Made by a program: the position numbers and the translations under genes. DNA of 41,575 nucleotides from an uncultured Myxococcales bacterium (GTDB lineage Bacteria > Myxococcota > UBA4151): positions 1 to 41,575 of the forward strand of contig CAXGWI010000017.1 of NCBI GenBank assembly GCA_964013405.1. The letters are read 5' to 3'. The notes below the pieces were generated by a model. The model ran no database searches and was not told where the DNA came from. It saw only the letters and a program-made list of their open reading frames with translations. Every line of letters begins with the position of its first letter. Positions within the stretch are counted from its first letter, which is position 1. Positions 1 to 9,446 of this stretch are shown here, in pieces.

Positions 1-758
1 CGTCTCGCTTCGCTGTGGTCCTCGCTGAGCAGCCAGGCTGCTCGGTACAAGAGCGATTCTGCAAAGAGCAGTTCCTTGGCCACATCCACCAAGGGATGAC
101 TCACCGCCTGAAAGCGACCAATGGGGCGACCGAACTGATGGCGTTGGGACACATAATCCTGGCTGAGGGTGAGCAAGCGTCTGCTCAGGCCCAGCAACTG
201 GGCGGCCGCATAGAGTCGACCGTGGTCGATCAGTCGTTGCGGGTCATGGTCGAGTTCGTCGTGGTGGGAAGCAGAGACCGCATACAGATGGCGCGCTTGA
301 TCGACACTCTCTTGCCGCTGCATTTCGCAATCGGCACGCTGGAAGTGGATGAGGCGCTCCGGCGCCGCATAGAGAAAATCCTGAGCGCTTTCTGCATGGA
401 GAAAGAGCGGATGTTCATCGCTCGCGACGCTGACCAGAAGATCGCCTGATGCGAGCCCCTCACTGGGCAAGAAGGTCCCGGCGAGAGCAGCCTCCAAAAA
501 GGGTTCAGGACAGCCGAAAAAGCCGGCCTCCTCTTGCAAGCGGCACATCTCTAAAGGCCCAAGACCGAGGCCTCCCTGTGCTTCCGGGACCACGACGGCG
601 AGCATGCCTTGTTCCGCCAGGGCTTGGTAGAGCCCAGGCACTCGCCCGGTGCCGTCCTGCCAACTGGTCCGCAGTGCTTCTGGGCTGCAGTGGCGGGCAA
701 AGAGATCTCTCGCAGCCGATGCCAGGGCATCTTGCTCCTCGGTGAAGGCGAACTTCAT
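1..758 (-). CDS. Acyl-CoA dehydrogenase, FadE32-like subunit (partial, runs off left edge)
   Basis: Not in ORF track because it has no stop in the window. Manual translation from ATG 758 (ATGA overlap with upstream stop): MKFAFTEEQDALASAARDLF...VPEAQGGLGLG...YVSQRHQFGRPIGRFQAVSH, a typical ACAD R-x-QFG-x-PIG-x-FQ motif. Confidence 0.85.
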   Translation of the reverse strand, partial: MKFAFTEEQDALASAARDLFARHCSPEALRTSWQDGTGRVPGLYQALAEQGMLAVVVPEAQGGLGLGPLEMCRLQEEAGFFGCPEPFLEAALAGTFLPSEGLASGDLLVSVASDEHPLFLHAESAQDFLYAAPERLIHFQRADCEMQRQESVDQARHLYAVSASHHDELDHDPQRLIDHGRLYAAAQLLGLSRRLLTLSQDYVSQRHQFGRPIGRFQAVSHPLVDVAKELLFAESLLYRAAWLLSEDHSEAR

Positions 759-1912
759 CGCTGCCCTCCCAAGCCAAGGCCTCGTTTCGCATAGACGTTT
801 CGCTGAATCTCATTGGTACCGGCATAGATGGGGCCGGCGAGCGCAAACTGATAACCATCCATCCACCGGCCGGCTTCCTCTGCAAGGGGGCCCGCCGTCA
901 GTTCGGCCCGTGTCTCCAACAGCTCCAAAGCGAGTTGATGCATCTCCACATCCAACTCGCTCCAAAAGATTTTGTTGAGACTCGACTCGACCCCCGGGTC
1001 GTCTCCAGCATCCATGCGCGCCGCAAATCGGTAGGTGGTGGCCCGATAGCTGTGGGCTCGGATCCAACAGCGGGTGATGCGATCGGCGAGGGCGCCTTGA
1101 TCGGGCCGTCCAACCCGCTTGAAGAGCTCGACCAAGCGCTGGGCCGTGGCCAGGAAGCGACCGGGGCTTCTCAGGCTCAACCCCCGCTCCGTGTTGGTGG
1201 TCGCCATGGCAACGTTCCAGCCTTCACCGACCCGTCCGACCACATTTTCATCGGGCACAAAGAGCCCATCCAAGAAGACTTCAGCAAAGCCATCGTCACC
1301 GTCGAGGCGACGGAAGGGCCGGACGGTGACCCCCTCGCCCTGCAGGGGAAAGAGGAAGTAGGTCAGACCGTGGTGGCGTTCGCTGTCTGGATCGCTGCGA
1401 AAAGGTCCAAAGGCCCCATCGCAGAAGGCGCCCCGAGTGCACCAGGTCTTCTGACCGCTCAGTCGCCAACCGCCGTCCACCTTCTCCGCCTTGCTTCTCA
1501 GTGCGGCGAGATCGCTGCCGGCACCGGGCTCACTCCAAGCCTGGGCCCAGAGCGTTTCTGCCTTCGCCATGGCCGGTAAGAGCCGAGATTTTTGTTCCTC
1601 GCTGCCGAAGGCGAAGAGGGTAGGCGCCAGCAAGAAGATGCCATTTTGGGTGATGCGTTGTGGGCATTCGAGGCCCCAGTATTCCTCTTCAAAGATGAGC
1701 CATTGAATCAGGCTGGCGCCTCGACCTCCATAGATCTCGGGCCAGCTGACCGCGGAGAGTCCGGCGGACGCGAGCTTTTGCTCCCAGGGCCGATGGGCCT
1801 CGAAGCCTTCTGTCGTATCACCGCTGGGCAAGTGTCCCGGGTGGTTGTTGAGCAACCAGGCACGGACCTCCTGACGAAAAGCCTGGTCCTCGGGGCGAAA
1901 GCGCAAGTCCAC
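755..1912 (-). CDS. fadE31: Acyl-CoA dehydrogenase, FadE31-like (HIP C/D-ring catabolism)
   Basis: WAQAWSEPGAGSDLA, ERGLSLRSPGRFL, KIFWSELD, ALAGPIYAGTNEIQRN closely recall mycobacterial FadE31; ipd gene context. Confidence 0.85.
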   Translation of the reverse strand: MDLRFRPEDQAFRQEVRAWLLNNHPGHLPSGDTTEGFEAHRPWEQKLASAGLSAVSWPEIYGGRGASLIQWLIFEEEYWGLECPQRITQNGIFLLAPTLFAFGSEEQKSRLLPAMAKAETLWAQAWSEPGAGSDLAALRSKAEKVDGGWRLSGQKTWCTRGAFCDGAFGPFRSDPDSERHHGLTYFLFPLQGEGVTVRPFRRLDGDDGFAEVFLDGLFVPDENVVGRVGEGWNVAMATTNTERGLSLRSPGRFLATAQRLVELFKRVGRPDQGALADRITRCWIRAHSYRATTYRFAARMDAGDDPGVESSLNKIFWSELDVEMHQLALELLETRAELTAGPLAEEAGRWMDGYQFALAGPIYAGTNEIQRNVYAKRGLGLGGQR

Positions 1913-2743
1913 TTAGTCGTCCTTCATGCTCTTGGCGTCATGGCCGGCCAGGTGATCTGAACTGCTCAGTGCGTTGTGGGCATGGGCTAAATGGTGAAGT
2001 CCGAAGGTGGCATCCATAACATCCTGTCGGCCCATTCGGTTCTCAGCCTGGTTGATGGCCTTCTTGGTCAGCGCCAAGGCAAAGCGGGGCATTTTGGCGA
2101 TGCGCTCGGCCAACTCTTGGGTGCTGCTCACGAGTTCGTCCCGGCTCACCACTCGATTGACCATGCCCCAGGCTTCGGCCTGCTTCGAATCGATCCGGGC
2201 CCCGGTGTAGAGAAACTCTCGGGCCCTGCGGCTACCCAACTCGTGCACATGGGCGAAGTACTCCACGCCCGGGATGCCCATGCGTACCACCGGGTCGCTA
2301 AACACGGCATCGTCCGAACACACGATGAGGTCGCAGCACCAGGCCAGCATCAAGCCGCCGGCGATGCAGGCCCCTTGGACCGAAGCGATCATGGGTTTGG
2401 GGAGTTCCCGCCACCGCTGGCACATGCCCAGGTACAGTTCCTGCTCCCGGGCAAAAAGATTCTCGGCGCCGCCTTTGTCCTCATGGGGGTACCAAGTGGT
2501 GGCAATGCGCTCGAAGTCCTTGTGGATGTCCCGTTGCTCGGTGCCGATGTCATGACCGCCGCTGAAGTGTTTGCCGCTTCCTGCCAGCACGATGACCTTG
2601 ATCTCGTCATCGTCGACCGCTCGCCGAAAGGCTTCATCCATCGCTCGCGTCATGGCGGCAGTCTGCGCATTGGCTGCATCGGGGCGATTCATAGTGACCC
2701 AGGCCACGGGGCCTCGCTGTTCGTAGACCACCCAATTCGTCAT
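1913..2743 (-). CDS. Enoyl-CoA hydratase, EchA13-like
   Basis: Crotonase motifs FSGGHDIG, PKPMIASVQGACIAGGLMLAWCCD, DPVVRMGIPGVEYFAH. Confidence 0.85.
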   Translation of the reverse strand: MTNWVVYEQRGPVAWVTMNRPDAANAQTAAMTRAMDEAFRRAVDDDEIKVIVLAGSGKHFSGGHDIGTEQRDIHKDFERIATTWYPHEDKGGAENLFAREQELYLGMCQRWRELPKPMIASVQGACIAGGLMLAWCCDLIVCSDDAVFSDPVVRMGIPGVEYFAHVHELGSRRAREFLYTGARIDSKQAEAWGMVNRVVSRDELVSSTQELAERIAKMPRFALALTKKAINQAENRMGRQDVMDATFGLHHLAHAHNALSSSDHLAGHDAKSMKDD

Positions 2744-3813
2744 GGGGGACCCCCTTCCCTCGCAAATGTATTGAGGACGTCCTCGGCCTCTTGGCTGATC
2801 TGTGTGAGCAGCTGCGCGACGCTCGGCACGTGGTCGATCGCGCCACAGACCTGCCCGGTCGGCATGATGCCCACGTCCGTTTGACCGTCGGCCATGGTGG
2901 CTTTCGTGAGCATGGGCGCATTGGCGGCCATCATCACTTGGCTCATGGTGAGACCGTGCCGCCCCCGCATGCTGATCCCGGCCTTAAGCAGGCTCCAGAT
3001 CGAGTTGCCGGTGAGTTTTTTAAATGCCCAGGCCGATCGCAGGGTGAGCAGTAATCGGCGAATTGATCCGGCGTTTTCAAGACCACGTACAAAAGCGGTG
3101 TTCAGGACCCGCTGGGGATGCCCGTCGATGGCTCGAGTGACCAGAGTATCGGTCACCGAAGCCTGCAGATAGCGATCCTGAATCGGTGCTGAAGCCAGAC
3201 TCTCTTGGGTCATGAGAAAGCGCGTTCCCATCGCAATGCCGCTGGCACCCCAGGCCAGGGCAGCCACCAGGCCACGACCATCCTTAAAGCCGCCGGCTGC
3301 AAGCACGGGGATGTCCACAGCCCCCACCACTTGGGGCAGGAGAATGCTGGTGGGGATCCGGCCGGTGTGACCGCCCCCCTCTTGGCCTTGGGCGATGACC
3401 GCATCAACGCCCCACGCAGCCACTTTTTCTGCGTGCCGTGGTGCTCCCACCGTCGGCATGACCAAAACCCCCGCTTCTTTGAGTCGCTGCACATGGGCTT
3501 CTTTGGGCGCGGCGGCAAAGCTCACCAGCCGGACCTTCCGCTCGATGAGGATGTCGATGCGCTCCATGGCATCGGGGGTATCGCTGCGGATGTTGACGCC
3601 AAACGGCTTGTTGGTCTTGCCAAGTAAAGCATCGACGGCCGCCTCCATCTCCCCCATGCTCAGGGTGGCGGCTGCTAAGATACCCAGGCCTCCAGCCTCG
3701 CTGGTTGCCGCAGTGAGCTCGACGCCGCTGACCCATCCCATCCCGGTTTGTACAATGGGTTTCTCGATACCGACGAGTCGACAGAAGTCCGTCTTGAGAG
3801 CCGGGTGGTTCAT
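2740..3813 (-). CDS. ipdC: IpdC-like flavin oxidoreductase (nitronate monooxygenase/2-nitropropane dioxygenase family)
   Basis: PIVQTGMGWV, QGQEGGGHTG, AAGGFKDGRGLVAALAWGA, MGTRFL; directly downstream of ipdAB as in steroid clusters. Confidence 0.85.
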   Translation of the reverse strand: MNHPALKTDFCRLVGIEKPIVQTGMGWVSGVELTAATSEAGGLGILAAATLSMGEMEAAVDALLGKTNKPFGVNIRSDTPDAMERIDILIERKVRLVSFAAAPKEAHVQRLKEAGVLVMPTVGAPRHAEKVAAWGVDAVIAQGQEGGGHTGRIPTSILLPQVVGAVDIPVLAAGGFKDGRGLVAALAWGASGIAMGTRFLMTQESLASAPIQDRYLQASVTDTLVTRAIDGHPQRVLNTAFVRGLENAGSIRRLLLTLRSAWAFKKLTGNSIWSLLKAGISMRGRHGLTMSQVMMAANAPMLTKATMADGQTDVGIMPTGQVCGAIDHVPSVAQLLTQISQEAEDVLNTFAREGGPP

Positions 3814-4505
3814 GCCTCCCTCCGTAGCCAGTGGAGGATCTCAGCCGGTGGGTCTGGCATGACGGCCAATTGGTCTGAGACGACAAGTTCAAAGCCTGTC
3901 TGTTCGTGGACGAAAGCGAGATCGGTTTCCCCTTGGATCTGGACCAGCCGTAGGCTCTTTTGAGGCCCGCCGAAGTCCAAGACCCCCAGATTGGTCACCA
4001 CGCGGTAGAGATCGAAGAAGCGTCGATTGGCTGGCCCCAAGGCCTCAGCGTGATTGGTACCCACCCCGCTGACGACATCCACCGTGTCCACAAAGACTCG
4101 AGTGCTGTGCTTGGGAACCCAGTAACTGGTGCGGTGGTTCATGGTGTTCCCGGGGGCCCCCCGAACCCCTAGCAACTGGACCTTGGGTTGGGGGTGGGGG
4201 CCGATGCAGCTGATGTTCTGGTTGCCAAAGCGATCCAGTTGACTGGCACCCATAAGGACGTGGCGTTTGCCATTCCACAAGGTTTCGAAAACCCGGGCGT
4301 AGTTCATCGGGCCCTCGATGGCGCCGGCCCCATCGATCAAGTGTGCGACCCCATCACTCAACATGAGATCAGGGTTGAGAAACCGCCGGCAAAGACGGGC
4401 TGCTTTTTGGGGCTCGGGGCCCATGGGGCTGGCAAGAATCTCGCCATCGTCGGCAAAAAGCTGGGCGAGGGCCCAAAGGCAACGTTCCTCGGCGGTCGCG
4501 GTCAT
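3810..4505 (-). CDS. ipdB: Steroid ring-C cleaving hydrolase beta subunit (CoA-transferase fold)
   Basis: Likely start ATG 4505 (ATGA overlap with ipdA stop); GASQLDRFGNQNIS, QLLGVRGAPGN, YWVPKHSTRVF. Confidence 0.88.
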   Translation of the reverse strand: MTATAEERCLWALAQLFADDGEILASPMGPEPQKAARLCRRFLNPDLMLSDGVAHLIDGAGAIEGPMNYARVFETLWNGKRHVLMGASQLDRFGNQNISCIGPHPQPKVQLLGVRGAPGNTMNHRTSYWVPKHSTRVFVDTVDVVSGVGTNHAEALGPANRRFFDLYRVVTNLGVLDFGGPQKSLRLVQIQGETDLAFVHEQTGFELVVSDQLAVMPDPPAEILHWLRREA

Positions 4506-5308
4506 GACAGACTCGCCAGGGCAGCAGCCAAGGGGTCTTCGGCGCCCACGGCGGCCGCGTACGCGGCCTGTGCGCTCTCGTCTCGAGGGTAGTCGGGTAA
4601 GCACTCGGTGAAGCCTGCGCCGCCCGGTACCTCGACGACACCTGTCACCTGCATTCGGGGAATCAGAATGCGGTCGACCGACCCTTCTGTGGGAAAGTCA
4701 GCCGTGTCGATGAGGCGCTCCGTGCTCAGAAAGACCTGCTGCGCTGCCCGGGCGAAGAGCTCGTCGAAGAAGGGATCCGGGCTGAGGATCTGCCCATTGC
4801 CGCCCACATCGGCCCGGTGCACGTGCAGAAGAGCTGCGTCCAAAGGCAGGGCCGGGACGGCGAGTAACGCTTCACCATCTTCGTAGGGGCTTGTGACGGT
4901 TTTGAGGTCTGGGTTGAGGGCGATCACCGAACTTCCAAGGCCGGCTCGGGTCGGTGTAAACGGCAGGCGGCGCGATGCGGCCTCAAGACCGAGAACCATC
5001 ATACCCTCATCCCACTCTCGCACTTGGATTTCGCCCCGTTGTCTCGCCCGACGAAAGAAGGGCTCCAGGGGGATGGAATCCAGGCTGACAAAGCCATAGA
5101 CCGCCTTACGGACCTTGCCGGCGGCACAGAGGAGTCCGAGATCGGGGCCGGCGAAACTGACGACGGTCAAATCTGTCACCGAGCTCTCGGCGAGGGCTTT
5201 CACCAGAGCCATCGGTTTGCGGCGACTACCCCAACCACCGATGCCCAGGGTCATCCCGCTTTCGAGTTTTCCGATCACCTCGGCGACAGTGCAGCGTTTG
5301 TCAGCCAT
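4502..5308 (-). CDS. ipdA: Steroid ring-C cleaving hydrolase alpha subunit (CoA-transferase fold)
   Basis: Likely start ATG 5308 (MADKR); GIGGWGSRRKPMAL, YGFVSLDSIPLEP, EWDEGM, PTRAGLGS. Confidence 0.9.
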   Translation of the reverse strand: MADKRCTVAEVIGKLESGMTLGIGGWGSRRKPMALVKALAESSVTDLTVVSFAGPDLGLLCAAGKVRKAVYGFVSLDSIPLEPFFRRARQRGEIQVREWDEGMMVLGLEAASRRLPFTPTRAGLGSSVIALNPDLKTVTSPYEDGEALLAVPALPLDAALLHVHRADVGGNGQILSPDPFFDELFARAAQQVFLSTERLIDTADFPTEGSVDRILIPRMQVTGVVEVPGGAGFTECLPDYPRDESAQAAYAAAVGAEDPLAAALASLS

Positions 5309-6068
5309 CTTCGTCGCCGAACTCTGCGTGGCGACCTTCGACAAAGGCCTGGCGGGCCTCATCGGCCACCCCATCCAAGTTGAGTTCGAAGGTGAAACCC
5401 TGTTCGAAACGGTAGGAGCGGTTCACGTCCACCGGGTCGATACCGTTGAGGCACTGCTTGGCGGCCCGAATCACTTTGGGGCTCTTTTCAGCAATCTCCC
5501 GGGCCAACTCCCAGGCTGCGCCCATCAGCTCGTCTTCAGGCACCACCTGATAGACCGAACCATAACTTTTCAGTTCTTCGGCGGTGACGGTGGTGGCCGT
5601 ATAGACCATCGCTCGAAGTTTGTGGGCGGGCACCAGGCGAGCAAGGTGAGTGGCTGCACCCAAAGCACCCCGATCCACCTCCGGCAGGCCGAACTCCGTA
5701 CCCTCGCCGGCGATAATAATATCTGCATTGCCCACCAGTCCCATGCCGCCGCCCAAGCAGTAGTTGTGGACGGCAGCGATGACCGGAACCTCACATTCGT
5801 AGACAGCCTTGAAGGCCGCGTAGCAGCCCCGATTGGCGTTAAGGAGCGCCCTAAACCCTGGGGTGGTCTGCATCTCCTTGATGTCCACCCCCGCATTAAA
5901 GCCCCGCCCGGCAGCCGCTAGAATCAGTGCACGGATCTCGGGATCTCGACCCAGTTCGGTAATCTGGTCGGCGAGCGAGAACCAATCGTCCACCTTCAAG
6001 GCATTCACCGGGGGAAGATCGACAACGACCTCGGCGATACCTTCAAGGACACGGCGTTGGATCGGCAT
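5301..6068 (-). CDS. echA20: Enoyl-CoA hydratase EchA20-like (ring-D hydrolase)
   Basis: Likely start ATG 6068 (MPIQ); PPVNAL, GRGFNAGVDIKE, FGLPEVDRGALGAATHL, SYRFEQGFTFELNL; precedes ipdAB. Confidence 0.88.
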   Translation of the reverse strand: MPIQRRVLEGIAEVVVDLPPVNALKVDDWFSLADQITELGRDPEIRALILAAAGRGFNAGVDIKEMQTTPGFRALLNANRGCYAAFKAVYECEVPVIAAVHNYCLGGGMGLVGNADIIIAGEGTEFGLPEVDRGALGAATHLARLVPAHKLRAMVYTATTVTAEELKSYGSVYQVVPEDELMGAAWELAREIAEKSPKVIRAAKQCLNGIDPVDVNRSYRFEQGFTFELNLDGVADEARQAFVEGRHAEFGDEDG

Positions 6069-6098
6069 GGGCGGTCTCCGGGGGCTAGCAGAACGAAG

Positions 6099-6112
6099 TG
6101 AAACGTGTTTCA
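6099..6112. promoter_or_regulatory. KstR-type palindromic operator TGAAACGTGTTTCA
   Basis: Exact fit to TnnAACnnGTTnnA in the 81-bp gap between divergent echA20 and fadD3; near-identical copies at 20832 and 30704. Confidence 0.8.
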
Positions 6113-6149
6113 GTTTGGCGGTCAACCCGGCGCCTGGAGGCCGAAGCGT

Positions 6150-7721
6150 ATGGAAGAGGGGACACGGGGAGATCTGCTCGACGGAACGATTCCGCGAATG
6201 CTGGATCGCGTCGCCCGTGAACACGCCCACCGGACGGCCATCGAAGAGGGTGAGATCCGAATCAGCTATTTCGAGTTGAGCTTTGGCGCTCGGCGCATCA
6301 CCGCGGCCCTGATGGCCGCTGGTATCAAGCCAGGGGACCGGGTCGCGATTTGGGCACCGAACTGCTGGGAGTGGATTTCGGTGGCCTTGGGGATCCACGG
6401 TGCCGGGGCCGTATTGGTTCCGCTGAACACCCGCTACAAGGGCATCGAGGCGGCGACGATTCTCAATCAGAGTCGGGCCCGCCTCTTGTTCACCATCCAG
6501 GGCTTCCTCGATACGGATTATCTGGCCCTTCTTGCAGCCGTAGGCAGCGAGTGTCCTCACCTGGAGCGCACGGTCTTATTGCGGGGTGATGGGGGGATAA
6601 GTCTCAATGCGTTTATAGATTTGGGTCAGGGCCAGGACCCGGAGCGGGTTTGGTCGCAGGTTCGCCCAGAAGACCCCAGTGACGTCTTGTTTACCTCGGG
6701 CACGACGGGGGCTCCCAAGGGGGCGGTCTGCCATCACGGTCAGACCCTACGGGCCTACAGTGACTGGGCCCACGTGGTCGGCTTGAAAACTGAGGATCGC
6801 TATCTTGTCGTGGCCCCCTTCTTCCATTGTTTTGGTTACAAGGCGGGCTGGTTGGCCGCATTGCTCAGTGGCGCCACCATCCTCCCCCAGGCTGTCTTTG
6901 ACGCCGGCCAAGTGCTGGAGCGCATCGGTCCTGATCGGGTGACGATGTTGCCGGGGCCGCCGGCTCTCTATCAAAGCTTACTGGCCCACCCGGGCTTGGG
7001 CGATCACGACATCAGTAGCTTGCGGTTGGCGGTCACGGGGGCCGCTGTCATTCCCGTCGAATTGATCCAGCGAATGCGGGAGACACTGGGCTTTGAGACG
7101 GTCATCACGGGTTACGGGCTTACGGAGGCCTGCGGCATCGCCACCATGTGCCGGCATGGAGACGATGACGAGACCATCGCGACGACCAGCGGGCGGGCCA
7201 TCCCTGGCGTCGAGGTCTGTGTGGTCGACCGGGATGGGTCTGCCTGTCCAGCGGGCGAACCTGGAGAGATTTTGGTGCGCGGCTACAACTTGATGAGTGG
7301 CTTTCTCCACGACGATGTTGCGACGGCCCAGGCCATCGACGCGGAGGGCTGGCTGCATACCGGTGACATCGGCATTCTCAACGAGGCCGGAAACCTCCGT
7401 ATCACCGACCGACTCAAAGACATGTTCATTGTCGGTGGCTTCAACGCTTATCCGGCCGAGATCGAGTCGATCATCCTGCGCCGGGAGGATGTGGCCCAGG
7501 TGGCGGTGATCGGTGTGCCCGATGAGCGTCTTGGCGAGGTGGGTATTGCTTTCGTGGTGCCGAGCGGAACGGCTTTTGTGGACGAACTCGAACTTCGAGA
7601 CTGGTGCCGAGCGCATATGGCGAATTTTAAGGTGCCCCGCCGAGTTGAGGTGGTGGAGGCTCTGCCCATGAATGCCACGGGTAAGGTCACGAAGTTTGTC
7701 TTACGGGAGTGGATCGCCTGA
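6150..7721 (+). CDS. fadD3: FadD3-like HIP-CoA ligase (acyl-CoA synthetase)
   Basis: ATG 6150 with GGAGG RBS at 6136-6140; FTSGTTGAPKG, PFFHCFGYKAGW, GYGLTE, GWLHTGD, MFIVGGFNAYPAEIE. Confidence 0.85.
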   Translation: MEEGTRGDLLDGTIPRMLDRVAREHAHRTAIEEGEIRISYFELSFGARRITAALMAAGIKPGDRVAIWAPNCWEWISVALGIHGAGAVLVPLNTRYKGIEAATILNQSRARLLFTIQGFLDTDYLALLAAVGSECPHLERTVLLRGDGGISLNAFIDLGQGQDPERVWSQVRPEDPSDVLFTSGTTGAPKGAVCHHGQTLRAYSDWAHVVGLKTEDRYLVVAPFFHCFGYKAGWLAALLSGATILPQAVFDAGQVLERIGPDRVTMLPGPPALYQSLLAHPGLGDHDISSLRLAVTGAAVIPVELIQRMRETLGFETVITGYGLTEACGIATMCRHGDDDETIATTSGRAIPGVEVCVVDRDGSACPAGEPGEILVRGYNLMSGFLHDDVATAQAIDAEGWLHTGDIGILNEAGNLRITDRLKDMFIVGGFNAYPAEIESIILRREDVAQVAVIGVPDERLGEVGIAFVVPSGTAFVDELELRDWCRAHMANFKVPRRVEVVEALPMNATGKVTKFVLREWIA

Positions 7722-7738
7722 CGTTTGGGCGAGGGAAG

Positions 7739-8455
7739 CTAGATAGAGTAACCCCCGTCGACGTGGAGTGTTTGGCCCGTGATATAGCTGGCCTGATCGC
7801 TCAGCAGGAAAGCCACGGCGGCAGCGACCTCATGGGCCTGACCGAAGCGGCTGAGGGGAATGTTCGCTTTAGCCGAGGCCAACCAGTTGTCGGCCAGTTG
7901 TTCCTCTTTCAATTCCAGGAACATGCCCGCCTCGATCACGCCGACCGCAACGCAGTTCGCCCGCAGTCCGTAGCGGCCTTCCTCTTTGGCCAAGGCCCGC
8001 AGGTAGGCGGTCACGCCGGCCTTGGGCACGGTGGAGAGGGCATCCTGACTCGCATGGCGCTCCAAGGCTGCAGAGGTGAGCGCAACCACGGCCCCTCGGC
8101 GCCGACGTAGGCCATCGCAGGCACCCCCGACGAGGGCGATGAGACCTAAGAGTTCGGTCTCGAGGCCTGCTCGGAAATCACCGGGCTCGAAGGTCGCGGC
8201 GTAATCCATGGTCAGTTCCGGACCCGCCGCCTGTACCAGTCCATCGAGGTCGCCCAGTTCCTGGACGCAACGGGCCACATCGGCGTGTTGGCGAAGATCG
8301 AGAGCGATGGCCCGAGCCTGCAGTTCATGGGCCAGGGCATCGGGGGCTTGGCGGCCTGCCAGGATCAACTCGGTCTGGGGGTTTGCCAGCGCCTTGGCGA
8401 TGGCTGTCCCCAAGCCTCCCCGGGCGCCAGTGATCAAAATTCGTCGTTGCTTCAT
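7739..8455 (-). CDS. Short-chain dehydrogenase/reductase (atypical catalytic motif)
   Basis: TGARGGLG Rossmann motif; C-terminal ASYITGQTLHVDGG; SxxxK (STVPK) where YxxxK is expected. Confidence 0.85.
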   Translation of the reverse strand: MKQRRILITGARGGLGTAIAKALANPQTELILAGRQAPDALAHELQARAIALDLRQHADVARCVQELGDLDGLVQAAGPELTMDYAATFEPGDFRAGLETELLGLIALVGGACDGLRRRRGAVVALTSAALERHASQDALSTVPKAGVTAYLRALAKEEGRYGLRANCVAVGVIEAGMFLELKEEQLADNWLASAKANIPLSRFGQAHEVAAAVAFLLSDQASYITGQTLHVDGGYSI

Positions 8456-8540
8456 AGGCTTAGATCCTGTTTTGGGCCGCCCCGTTTACAGGGCTCCCAC
8501 TTTGTTCCAGCCTCTGTGGGCAAAAAAGGGAAGGCCCACC

Positions 8541-9446
8541 ATGACAGGAATTTGCGGTGGACGCGTCGTCATTGTCACCGGTGCCGGTGGCGGCATCGGT
8601 AGAGAACACGCCTTGGAGTTCGCCCGCCAAGGGGCGCAGGTGGTTGTGAATGACCTCGGGACTGACGCCAGTGGTGGCGGGCGTGACGGAACGTCGGCCC
8701 AGGCGGTGGTGGATGAGATCAAGGCCTTGGGCGGCGAGGCGATCGCCGACTCGACCGACGTGACTGACTTCGCCGGCTGTCAGGCCCTGGTTCAGCGTGT
8801 TGTTGAGACCTTCGGTGGTCTCGACGTGGTGGTGAACAACGCAGGCTTTTTGCGGGATCGTATGTTCGTGTCTTGCACCGAGGAGGAGTGGGACAGTGTG
8901 GTTGGGGTGCACTTAAAAGGTCATTTTTGTCTCTCCCATCATGCGGCTGCTTATTGGCGCGCAGAGTCGAAGGCCGGTCGAACGCGGGATGCCCGCATCA
9001 TCAACACCTCAAGCGGTGCGGGGCTGCTCGGTAGTGTGGCGCAAGCTGCCTACAGTGCAGCGAAAGGCGGCATTCTCTCCCTCGGTCTGGTGCAAGCCGC
9101 CGAACTGGGTCGCTACGGGGTGACGGTCAACACCATTTGCCCTGCGGCCCGCACCCGGATGACAAAGGAGGCCTTCCCGGAGATGATGGCCAAGCCTGAA
9201 CACGGCTTCGACGCCATGGACCCAGCGAACATCGCCCCCTTGGCCGTCTGGTTGGGATCCAGCCAGAGTGCGCAGATTACGGGGCGTATCTTTGAGGTGG
9301 AGGGGGGCATGGTGGCCTTGGCTGGCGGTTACCATCGGGTTGCCCTACGGACCAAGAGTGCCCGTTGGGAGTCCGAGGAGATTAAGCACATCATTGAAGG
9401 GTTGCTCACCGAGGCGCCCACGCCTTTACCGGTGTACGGCACGTGA
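8541..9446 (+). CDS. SDR oxidoreductase, Rv3548c-like (steroid cluster)
   Basis: ATG 8541; TGAGGGIG, VVNNAGFLRDRM, YSAAKGG, PAARTRMT. Confidence 0.85.
   Translation: MTGICGGRVVIVTGAGGGIGREHALEFARQGAQVVVNDLGTDASGGGRDGTSAQAVVDEIKALGGEAIADSTDVTDFAGCQALVQRVVETFGGLDVVVNNAGFLRDRMFVSCTEEEWDSVVGVHLKGHFCLSHHAAAYWRAESKAGRTRDARIINTSSGAGLLGSVAQAAYSAAKGGILSLGLVQAAELGRYGVTVNTICPAARTRMTKEAFPEMMAKPEHGFDAMDPANIAPLAVWLGSSQSAQITGRIFEVEGGMVALAGGYHRVALRTKSARWESEEIKHIIEGLLTEAPTPLPVYGT

Noticed and set aside
6069..6560. N-terminal extension of echA20 (similar extensions on ipdF, ipdB, the 8208 SDR and hsaE)
   Set aside because: Extensions overlap neighbouring genes or the operator; downstream starts have RBS or stop-start coupling and give family-typical lengths.
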